Assembly (NCBI GenBank): GCA_044345055.1
Contig: JBIJBT010000018.1
Location: forward strand, 1-39,171
DNA: 39,171 nt
Direction of reading: 5' to 3'
Origin: Bdellovibrionota bacterium
GTDB lineage: Bacteria > Bdellovibrionota_C > UBA2361 > OMIW01
Shown: positions 30,414-38,101 of the stretch, piece by piece
Layout of the letters: every line of letters begins with the position of its first letter
How positions within the stretch are numbered: the stretch's first letter is position 1
Program-made: the position numbers and the translations under genes
Notes under the pieces: generated by a model
Seen by the model: the letters and a program-made list of their open reading frames with translations, nothing else
Database searches by the model: none
Told to the model about the DNA's origin: nothing

Positions 30414-30715
30414 GAGGTGGGTTCCTCCTCATACAAAAAATCAACTAGCTGTTGCCAATCTGTAGGTTCAGCTAGAGCCTTAAGAATCGCAACGCGCGTT
30501 TTCTCTGCGACAAAGGGGGTAAGCAGCGGGCCGCAGATATCTAATGAACTCTGCACGATTCCTCTTAGAGGAAGATGTGAATCGATGAGAAATCTTAATG
30601 GAACTGCGAAGGGGGATTGTTTAATCGTTTGAGCAAGTCGACGAATATCATCACTCTCGCTGAGAGCTGGGTTGTTATGTGGTTGCGGCTCGGTCGATAG
30701 CGAAGATGAAGTCAT
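30410..30715 (-). CDS. Small hypothetical helical protein (101 aa)
   Basis: The stop overlaps the next gene's ATG (ATGA). Its 3' end (GAGGAGGA) supplies the RBS of the next gene. Confidence 0.7.
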   Translation of the reverse strand: MTSSSLSTEPQPHNNPALSESDDIRRLAQTIKQSPFAVPLRFLIDSHLPLRGIVQSSLDICGPLLTPFVAEKTRVAILKALAEPTDWQQLVDFLYEEEPTS

Positions 30716-30741
30716 GAAAATGTGATAAATATTTCGTGGAA

Positions 30742-30778
30742 ATTATACGGCAGTAATTGTAAATAATTTACAATTACT
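30742..30778 (-). promoter_or_regulatory. Putative promoter (-10 TATAAT) with adjacent perfect 13-1-13 palindromic operator
   Basis: AGTAATTGTAAAT-A-ATTTACAATTACT at 30752-30778. A minus-strand TATAAT lies at 30747-30742, 26 bp before the first operon ATG. Confidence 0.6.
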
Positions 30779-30794
30779 AGAGAGTCTGCCAAGT

Positions 30795-31793
30795 TCACTC
30801 ATCTGTTGTTATCTCAACTGGAACATTGGCTTCTTCTGCTCCGTTAGTCATCGGAGGTTCAACTTCAGCGTCGCTGTTCTCTGAAGATGAATCTGTGTCC
30901 AATGAAACTCCGAGAGATGTTAGCCGTGACTCAAAGGCTTTTGTCTTGGTTTTAAGAAGATCTAATCGGTCCCGAAGTACGGCAGGATCAAATGAGCGTC
31001 CTAATTGAATCAGCCGCTGCTTATCTTCGACGGAAAGCGAGGATGAATCTTGAGCAGAATTTGTATTCTTCCTCTTATTGGATGAGTATTTAAGAAATGA
31101 CTGGGAAGCACGCTCGTAGTTTGCCTGAATAACATTTGCATGAGGATATTCCCCGTTGTCGAGCAGCTTCCGATAACGGCTCTCCAAAAATCCAATTGAA
31201 CGCTGAATTTTATCGAGTAGCTGTTGATGATCAATAGTTTGATCATCGGTAGCTGACGGCTGTTCACTTTCGGAGCTGTCGTCTACTTGCGAGCGCATAC
31301 GCTCCAAAGCCGCTTCAGCCTGAACTATCTGACCCTCCGCGCGTTCTAGCTCATTTAGTCTCGATTTTATGAGTGTCGCTGCTTCGAGCTTTGATTTGCC
31401 GAGGGTATGTAGGTCCTCAGCTATTGGCGGTTTAACAGGAACAACTTTTAAGAGGCTCTCTGAACCACGCAAAATCGCTCTTATGGTCGTTAAATGCTCA
31501 GTAGCTCCTATCGAATCGTCTTGGATAGGTAATATTCCGCCGATAATTACTGTTGCACCTCCAACTAGTGCTTTGTCTCCTCGTCCTTTGACCGGAGTTG
31601 TTACGGTTGGGATCACCTCAAGTCTTCCGCTATCGTAGGCGAGGAGAAAATACGATTCTTTGACCTCAAAATCGCACTGAACCTCTGGAGAAAAAACAAC
31701 ACCCTCCGCCATAGCCGCTCGAGAGGTAACTAATAAAAATAGGATAAATGTTTTTATTCGTGCCACCATTTGTCGCCTATTCACCAAGAACAT
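30795..31793 (-). CDS. Hypothetical exported coiled-coil protein
   Basis: Signal-like N-terminus (FILFLLVTSRAAMA), heptad-rich middle and acidic tail. It overlaps the upstream gene. Confidence 0.65.
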   Translation of the reverse strand: MFLVNRRQMVARIKTFILFLLVTSRAAMAEGVVFSPEVQCDFEVKESYFLLAYDSGRLEVIPTVTTPVKGRGDKALVGGATVIIGGILPIQDDSIGATEHLTTIRAILRGSESLLKVVPVKPPIAEDLHTLGKSKLEAATLIKSRLNELERAEGQIVQAEAALERMRSQVDDSSESEQPSATDDQTIDHQQLLDKIQRSIGFLESRYRKLLDNGEYPHANVIQANYERASQSFLKYSSNKRKNTNSAQDSSSLSVEDKQRLIQLGRSFDPAVLRDRLDLLKTKTKAFESRLTSLGVSLDTDSSSENSDAEVEPPMTNGAEEANVPVEITTDE

Positions 31794-32784
31794 CCTCGCT
31801 CGCCCGTAAAACTGTATCGATTCGACGTTGAGCTGCGACTATAGCGCGCTGTAAGCGATCGACCTCAAGCCCCTGCGCGAGCGCCTGGGTATCTTCTTGA
31901 CTGATTGGAGTAGTCGATGCACCTAAAAGAATCGAATCGATCCAACGGCTCTCCTCTGCAAGGGAGCGATAGGCGGCTCGGCTAACCCGCGATCCTGGAG
32001 CGACTGATTCAACGAGTGCTATTTTTTGAGCAAGCTCGGAACGTTTACTCTCCACCTGAGATCGCTCTTTTGTGAGGTTATCTTTACCCGTATCAGCATT
32101 TGGAGTATCTCGAAGAATAGATTTATTGGAACCATTCTTTTGAGTTGATGTTTGCTTCAAAAACGCTGATTCATCGGTTGCTTTGGCAACTCCCGCCTTT
32201 GCTGCTTCGATACGTCTTTCGATTAGAGCCAGCTTTGCTCGTTGAGCGAGAAATTCAAAAAGTTCAGGAACATTGTCTGCGGTTTGTTCCTTGACGCGCC
32301 TCAGTATCCACTTCAGGTCGGAACCAGAGGATCTTTTCCCCAATCCTCGGTATGTATCTTCTTCCTGAGTTCCAAAGAGGGTGATCTGTTCACCACCCGA
32401 AACACTGACTAAAAGACCATCAGTTGAATCTTTTGCTGGATTAAGTGGTCTGATAACGACTCCACTTTCACCCTGTTCCTCCATTATAAGGAGAAGGCCA
32501 GCACCCGGAGCGGGTACATCAACTACCATCGGCAATATAACAGAAGAGCCAGATGGGCGAATGTCAGAGATCGTACCCACATAACGACCCGGCTCAAATG
32601 TCGGAAATGAATCTATAACTCCACCTTTTTCCCAAAAAAGAAACCCACCCACTAGAGCTATTACCCCAGCAATAAGAAAGGTGAGGCGGATTCGACCGAC
32701 GCAGCTAGTCGGGAACGCACTTCGCTCAGCAGGCGATACAAATTGAGACAATGGTGCGGATCGATATCTGTGGGAAGTCATCAA
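31777..32784 (-). CDS. Hypothetical membrane-anchored protein with beta-rich domain and coiled coil
   Basis: One TM helix (LTFLIAGVIALVGGFLFW), a PGRYVGTI beta-rich domain and long amphipathic helices. Confidence 0.65.
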   Translation of the reverse strand: MMTSHRYRSAPLSQFVSPAERSAFPTSCVGRIRLTFLIAGVIALVGGFLFWEKGGVIDSFPTFEPGRYVGTISDIRPSGSSVILPMVVDVPAPGAGLLLIMEEQGESGVVIRPLNPAKDSTDGLLVSVSGGEQITLFGTQEEDTYRGLGKRSSGSDLKWILRRVKEQTADNVPELFEFLAQRAKLALIERRIEAAKAGVAKATDESAFLKQTSTQKNGSNKSILRDTPNADTGKDNLTKERSQVESKRSELAQKIALVESVAPGSRVSRAAYRSLAEESRWIDSILLGASTTPISQEDTQALAQGLEVDRLQRAIVAAQRRIDTVLRASEDVLGE

Positions 32785-32832
32785 GGATTACTTTGGTCCA
32801 AGGAATAATAACTTTTCAGCTCTAAAATTTAT

Positions 32833-33041
32833 GTAACTATTCAGCCCATGTTTTTCATGGAGGTTATTCGACACGCAAAAAAAGCCCCAAAAACGATGGT
32901 GATTCCGTTGGATCGACTCGCTAAACGCTTGTCGGCAGTTTTTTCCCTGAATCGTTAGTTGTTTTCCCTCCGGCGGGATTTCGCCCGCCACCCCTAAGGG
33001 GTTGTGGAAGGTTATTGGAAATCATAAGGGTGAATAGTTAC
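32833..33041 (+). mobile_element. MITE family A, copy 1 (209 bp)
   Basis: Ends GTAACTATTCAGCCC and GGGTGAATAGTTAC. Flanks AAATTTAT / AAATTTAC (7 of 8 match). Similar along its whole length to the other copies. Confidence 0.85.
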
Positions 33042-33169
33042 AAATTTACTAACTGACTAGTTACCATCACAGTATCACTCGAGCAACCGAACAACGCAAA
33101 AACAAGCTGAATTTCGAACACTGCGTGATCAATATTTGAGGCTTGGCTTAAAATTTAAAAACAAACACC

Positions 33170-33376
33170 GTAGCCATTCACCCTTATAATCTCCAAAAAC
33201 CTCCCACAACCCCTTAGAAGGGGCGGGCGAAGGCCTGCCGGGGGGAGACAACTAACGATTCAGGGAAAAAACTGCCGACGAGCGTTTAGCAAGTCGAGCC
33301 ACCCGAATCACCATGATTTTTTTTCTTTTCATGTGTTTTGAATAACCCTTATGACAAACATGGGCAGAATAGTTAC
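33170..33376 (-). mobile_element. MITE family A, copy 2 (207 bp, inverted, degenerate ends)
   Basis: GTAGCCATTCACCC...GGGCAGAATAGTTAC; a reverse-complement match to copy 1. Confidence 0.8.
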
Positions 33377-33393
33377 CCACACCTTTTAGCAGC

Positions 33394-33842
33394 GTGCAGA
33401 CAAGTGGACAGCGGCAAAAAGTAAATGCGATCCGTGCGGTAAGCTCGCGTGATGATTTTCGATACGACGTCTACACATGCCGATTTAACGCTGAGTTATT
33501 CATTCAGATTCTGAGACGCTTTACAAGATGCATGCGCCGCCCCTGTGTTGTAATAGTCGATGGACATTCAGCCCATCGCGCCAGTGTTGTAAAAAAATTC
33601 ATATCTTCTACCGGTGGAAAGATAGCGCTCTATTTTCTCCTTCCTTATGCTCCGGACTAAAATTAAGATGAGTTCGTCTGGAATAATTTAAAGCGACAGG
33701 GCGTCTGTAAAAAGCCATTGGTTTGCAATGAGTCACTTAAGGACCGAGTTGCATAGAATTTGGCTAAAATAGGGAAATCGCCTACGCTTGTACGCTCCCT
33801 TTTTATGCCAAAAGTGTAGCTTATATTTCCGCCTGAGTAGTA
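33394..33842 (+). pseudogene. IS630-family transposase C-terminal remnant
   Basis: VIVDGHSAHRA...LYFLLPYAPD*N*DEFVWNNLK is a decayed LPPYSPELNPDE motif. There are several in-frame stops and a frameshifted end (FYAKSVAYISA*), and it terminates in GAGTAGTA. Confidence 0.85.
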
Positions 33843-33888
33843 TGGTCTCTGATTGAGGTGTCGAGGAGGTTCTGGGAGATAAAAAATG

Positions 33889-34093
33889 GTAACTATTCAG
33901 CCCATGTTTTTCATAGCGGTTATTCGACACGCATCAAGAGCCGCAAAAACAAGGGTGATTCCGGTTGATCGACTCGCTAAACGCTCGTCGGCAGTTTTCT
34001 ACTGAATAGTAGTCATTTCCCCCCGGTGGCTTTCGTCCGCCACCCCTAGGGGGTTGTGGGAGGTTATTCCAGGAGATCGGGGTGAATAGTTAC
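33889..34093 (+). mobile_element. MITE family A, copy 3 (205 bp)
   Basis: Intact TIRs and a perfect 8-bp target-site duplication AAAAAATG (33881-33888 and 34094-34101). Confidence 0.9.
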
Positions 34094-34214
34094 AAAAAAT
34101 GAAGCACTGCGAAGCCTAGTGCCCGTGAAATAAAGCTGCTGAACTCAAATTGAACCGTTTTCATTTACACTTCAGAACTGAATCCGCCTAATTTTATTCT
34201 AAAAAACACTCCCG

Positions 34215-34901
34215 TCAATGATTCGCCCCAGCATGAATGATCATAAATAGTCCCAATATCACAATAGTCGATGGACTAAGTAACTGGAGAATGGCCGAGA
34301 CCTTACGGGATTCGGCGGCTTTGTTCATCACTCTACCGGATGAGTGTGCTATCGCAACTCCTATGGCGGCTATCGTTACCGCAACTCCAAAAGCAAAGAG
34401 AAGGCTCAGATTTAGGGCCTCGCCATATGAACTAACACCGGTAGAGGAAAGACATACTGCAAGAGCACTCGGACAGGGAACAATTCCCAAAAGAAATCCA
34501 ACAAGAGAAAGGTGATGATCGTGGCATGAGCTACATCTGCACGAATTACTTCCAATATGATCCTCTGGCAATGCCCGAGCTCGCTTTCTAAGCGATCGAA
34601 TAGCCCTGATGAGTAGGTGAACACCGACGCATGTAATAACAACCCCTGCACCAAGCTCGATGGTGTGACGCATCTCTTCAGATGCCAGATCGTGAGCAAA
34701 GAAAAAAGAAGCGGTAACAACAGCTACAAGCCCGAGAGCGTGTCCCCCCGCCGTTGAAATAGCAATTGACAAAGGGTCCCACCACTTTCGTCTTGTCCCT
34801 ACCAAGGTGGTCGCCATCAACATTTTGCCGTGACCGGGTTCAAGAGCGTGAAGTATTCCAAGTGAAAAAGCGGCAAGGGATAGAGAATTGGCCATATTCA
34901 T
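34215..34901 (-). CDS. RcnA-like nickel/cobalt (NiCoT-related) transporter
   Basis: LGILHALEPGHGK motif, GIVPCPSALAV, about 6 TM helices and a His/Cys-rich loop. Confidence 0.82.
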   Translation of the reverse strand: MNMANSLSLAAFSLGILHALEPGHGKMLMATTLVGTRRKWWDPLSIAISTAGGHALGLVAVVTASFFFAHDLASEEMRHTIELGAGVVITCVGVHLLIRAIRSLRKRARALPEDHIGSNSCRCSSCHDHHLSLVGFLLGIVPCPSALAVCLSSTGVSSYGEALNLSLLFAFGVAVTIAAIGVAIAHSSGRVMNKAAESRKVSAILQLLSPSTIVILGLFMIIHAGANH

Positions 34902-34910
34902 CCAAAAAAG

Positions 34911-35099
34911 TTAACTATTCACCCCTATGGTTTCCAATAACCTCCCCCGATCCCCTAGGGGTGGCGGGTGAAGAACTATTCAGCCAAAAAATTGCCGACG
35001 CGCGTTTGGCGAATCGATCCAACGGAATCACCATGGTTTTTTAAGGCTTTTGATGCGTGTCGAATAACCCCTATGAAAAACATTGGGCTGACTAGTTAC
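34911..35099 (-). mobile_element. MITE family A, copy 4 (189 bp, inverted)
   Basis: TTAACTATTCACCC...GGGCTGACTAGTTAC. Flanks CAAAAAAG / CAATAAAG (7 of 8 match). Confidence 0.85.
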
Positions 35100-35133
35100 C
35101 AATAAAGTAAAATCGCCGCAATCGCTCCACCAC

Positions 35134-35502
35134 TTACTCAACGCACTTTGGACACCTACCAGAAAGAACCAGATGTTGAGGCGATACAGAGTAGCCATCC
35201 GGAACCATCCGATTTAGCCTCATGCGGGCTGCCTTAAGACAGGTTACTTCGTGACACTCTTCGCAGGTGAAATGGTGATGCGCATCGCGATCCCGTAGTT
35301 CATACAATAATGCCCGACCGGGCAAAGCTATCGTCACAAGAAGTTCGCTCTCAATGAGAGTGTTAATGAATCGATAAACAGTTGATTTATTAATCGCTGG
35401 CCGATCCCTGGCAATCTCATCGATAATTTCCTGAGCAGTAATGGGTCGGTTTGAACATTTAAAGAGTTCAATTATCGCCTCCCTTACCTCTGATTTTCTC
35501 AT
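35134..35502 (-). CDS. Fur-family transcriptional regulator (Zur-like by context)
   Basis: INKSTVYRFI helix-turn-helix, HHHFTCEEC and GRCPKC; GGAGG upstream. Confidence 0.9.
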   Translation of the reverse strand: MRKSEVREAIIELFKCSNRPITAQEIIDEIARDRPAINKSTVYRFINTLIESELLVTIALPGRALLYELRDRDAHHHFTCEECHEVTCLKAARMRLNRMVPDGYSVSPQHLVLSGRCPKCVE

Positions 35503-35543
35503 TCGGAGCCTCCGAGCTTCTTGACGCGAGTATTATGTATCTG

Positions 35544-35588
35544 GCACATTAACGCAACTATGATGCGCCACAGAGTTGCGTAATGTGC
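35544..35588. promoter_or_regulatory. Inverted-repeat candidate Fur/Zur-family operator in the divergent promoter
   Basis: GCACATTAACGCAACT-N14-AGTTGCGTAATGTGC (one bulge). It can also be read as two overlapping GCAAC-N3-GTTGC-like boxes. TTGACG lies at 35521. Confidence 0.55.
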
Positions 35589-35641
35589 ACTATCAAATTG
35601 GATAGAGTGAATTTAATTATAGTGAAATTGGATATAGTCCC

Positions 35642-36871
35642 ATGATAGATGAAAATTCTGACCCTATTATTGACCAAATATCGCCATTTTTAAAGCCGCG
35701 TATTCCCGTTACAGTGCTTTCAGGATTTCTTGGCGCTGGAAAAACAACGCTGCTGAACAACGTTCTTTCAAATCGAGATGGTTTAAAGGTTGCAGTTATC
35801 GTTAACGATATGAGCGAAGTGAATATTGATGCCCAACTAATTGAGCGAGGAGAGGCAAAGCTCGACAGGAGCGAGGAGAAGCTCGTTGAAATGACTAATG
35901 GCTGTATTTGCTGCACTCTAAGAGAGGATCTTATGACACAGGTCGCAGAGTTGGCAGCCGAAGGTCGATATGACTATCTCCTAATTGAATCAACAGGTAT
36001 CGGCGAGCCAATGCCCGTGGCAGCCACCTTTTCGTGGGTTGATGAAGAGGGCCGAGGTTTGCCAGATGTCGCCATTCTAGACACGATGGTAACAGTCGTG
36101 GATGCAGCATCTTTTCTGAAGTATACCGAATCCTCGGAGGATTTATTATCAGCGGGTCTTGCGGTTGATGAGAGTGACGACAGGACGATAGTTGACCTTT
36201 TGATAGATCAGGTCGAGTTTGCAAATGTTATCGTTCTGAACAAAACAGATCTCGTCTCCCCAACCGAACTTGTAACGGTAGAGGCGTTGATCCAAAAGCT
36301 AAATCCAGATGCCAGACTGATTCGCTCGACCTATTCTGGAGTCCCGAATAAAGAGATTCTTAATACCAAGCTGTTCGACTATGAAAGGGCCTCCAACAGT
36401 CCTGGGTGGGCTAAAGAGCTTGCTGGTGAGCATACTCCAGAAACCGATGAATACGGAATTACAAGCTTCGTTTATCGAAGAGATCGGCCATTTCATCCAG
36501 AACGTTTCTCGCAATGTATCGAATCTGAATGGCCCGGCGTAGTCCGTTCAAAGGGATTTTTCTGGTTAGCATCCCGTCCCCGAATCGCAGCATCTTGGTC
36601 GCAGGCTGGAGGTTCATGCAGCACAGAGCCCGCTGGCTATTGGGTCGCTAAAGCGGATGGCGATCGTATGGTGACGTCCCGCGATGTTCCGGTGAAAGGC
36701 CGTCAAGAGTTAGTTCTGATTGGAATTAACATGCAAGAGGATCGCTTGATTTCAATGTTCGATAAATGCCTCCTCACCGACGATGAATTTGCTCTTGGAG
36801 AGAATGAATGGGTTAAGTTTCCTGATTCGTTTGTGCCGTGGAGATTGGAAGGTAGTGAGGATTTGCAATAG
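35642..36871 (+). CDS. COG0523 G3E GTPase metallochaperone (ZigA/YciC/CobW family)
   Basis: [44 protein letters not shown] and a CobW_C domain ([27 protein letters not shown]). Confidence 0.95.
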   Translation: MIDENSDPIIDQISPFLKPRIPVTVLSGFLGAGKTTLLNNVLSNRDGLKVAVIVNDMSEVNIDAQLIERGEAKLDRSEEKLVEMTNGCICCTLREDLMTQVAELAAEGRYDYLLIESTGIGEPMPVAATFSWVDEEGRGLPDVAILDTMVTVVDAASFLKYTESSEDLLSAGLAVDESDDRTIVDLLIDQVEFANVIVLNKTDLVSPTELVTVEALIQKLNPDARLIRSTYSGVPNKEILNTKLFDYERASNSPGWAKELAGEHTPETDEYGITSFVYRRDRPFHPERFSQCIESEWPGVVRSKGFFWLASRPRIAASWSQAGGSCSTEPAGYWVAKADGDRMVTSRDVPVKGRQELVLIGINMQEDRLISMFDKCLLTDDEFALGENEWVKFPDSFVPWRLEGSEDLQ

Positions 36872-36907
36872 TGTATGGTCACAACTTGATTGAGTATTGG
36901 AATATTT

Positions 36908-37030
36908 GTAACTATTCAGCAAAAAAACTGTCGACGAGCGTTAGCGAGTCGAGCCACCGGAATCACCACGGTTTTTGGTGCTTTTGATGCGTGTCAAATA
37001 ACCCCTATAGAAACATGGGCTGAATAGTTA
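36908..37030 (-). mobile_element. MITE family A, short copy 5 (123 bp)
   Basis: GTAACTATTCAGC...GGGCTGAATAGTTA. It matches only one portion of the long copies, and its right end is interrupted by MITE-B. Confidence 0.8.
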
Positions 37031-37232
37031 GTCGGCGCTGAAAAAGCTCTCCGTGGCTTTTTAGCGCGTCGCCCAGCCGCGATACGGCGTCTCCCGGACC
37101 ATCCATGGTCCGCACTGCCCTCTGAAATTGCAACATTTGAGGCCGACTCTCTCAAATGTTGCAAAATACCACATGAGAAAAAGCAGTTTTTTCATGTGGT
37201 ATTAAGTGCTTGCGACCTTTTTCAGCGGCCAC
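37031..37232. mobile_element. MITE family B (202 bp) with three internal hairpins
   Basis: TIRs GTCGGCGCTGAAAAAG and CTTTTTCAGCGGCCAC (14 of 16 match). A flanking direct repeat TAGTTA lies at 37025-37030 and 37233-37238. Confidence 0.75.
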
Positions 37233-37363
37233 TAGTTAGATTTTATTAATCCAAGAACTAGCTAAAGAGGGTAGGCAAGCCTCGTGCCATAGTGGATTAT
37301 ATCCAAGTTCGGAAATCTACATCTTTACTAAGATCGTTAGCATTGGTCTTAGCGCATCTAAAA

Positions 37364-38101
37364 TCACTGGCCCGATTGCTCATCAAAAGCCTCAATTACA
37401 TAGCCCTTTGCTAGTAAATCAAACAAAAATCGAATTTTCATATACGTAACTCTTCTCGTTCTTAGTAAAGCCTTATCGCTATACCTGAGGGGGGACCCTT
37501 TGCTGATTTTCGAATAAAAGGGGCCGGAAAAGTTTTTTTTGAAAATCTTTCTGTTACTCGACACAATTCCACGCTCTACAATCTGGACCATATGTTCAAA
37601 AGAGAGCCTTTTTCGGGTGTATGACAGAAGAGATATGAACACAAGAAGTCGAGAAAGCTCAATTAGCATTCGGGGATTTTTTTGTAGAAGTTCGGCATAT
37701 TCAGGCTTTTGTTCCCGAATACCCATGTAGAGCTTTAAATGGATATCTTGAAGGTCTGATAGGATCGAATTTATCCGATTATCCCCGACTTCAGTCTCTT
37801 TTTGTAGTTCAAAGGTTAGATACAGACGATTTGAAATCCGCCCCACCAATTCCGTAAGAGACCGGAGGGCTCTCATTATCAGATTAGTCGGACCGCCATG
37901 ATATATCGCGGTTATAATCAATTGGTTGAGAATGTTTAATGAAAACGGCTCTCCCTCAATCGTTTTACAAACCTCCTCTTCCCGGTTCCAATTCTGCGAG
38001 TGGTGATTTATATCGAAAAGATCTAGCAACACTGGAACGGTCTGATTCACCTTAGCAAGGTCGTTTATCCAGCTATGTTGAAAGTTTGTGATGCTATCCA
38101 T
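37364..38101 (-). CDS. Hypothetical alpha-helical protein (245 aa)
   Basis: Long ORF with an 8-nt overlap (ATGGATAG) with the upstream gene; no recognisable motif. Confidence 0.7.
   Translation of the reverse strand: MDSITNFQHSWINDLAKVNQTVPVLLDLFDINHHSQNWNREEEVCKTIEGEPFSLNILNQLIITAIYHGGPTNLIMRALRSLTELVGRISNRLYLTFELQKETEVGDNRINSILSDLQDIHLKLYMGIREQKPEYAELLQKNPRMLIELSRLLVFISLLSYTRKRLSFEHMVQIVERGIVSSNRKIFKKNFSGPFYSKISKGSPLRYSDKALLRTRRVTYMKIRFLFDLLAKGYVIEAFDEQSGQ

Noticed and set aside
32788..35044. Short ORFs 32788-32991, 33733-33930 and 34766-35044
   Set aside because: They are translations of MITE sequence or lie antisense to real genes. The shared peptide EKHGLNSY simply reflects the TIR.
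32833..37030. CRISPR array or attC cassette array interpretation of the dispersed repeats
   Set aside because: The units are 120-210 bp, occur in both orientations, are irregularly spaced and have TIRs and TSDs. No cas or integrase gene is present.
33889..37030. Composite transposon carrying the metal cassette between MITE copies 3 and 5
   Set aside because: Copies 3 and 4 each have their own target duplication and the outer flanks do not match, which favours independent insertions.
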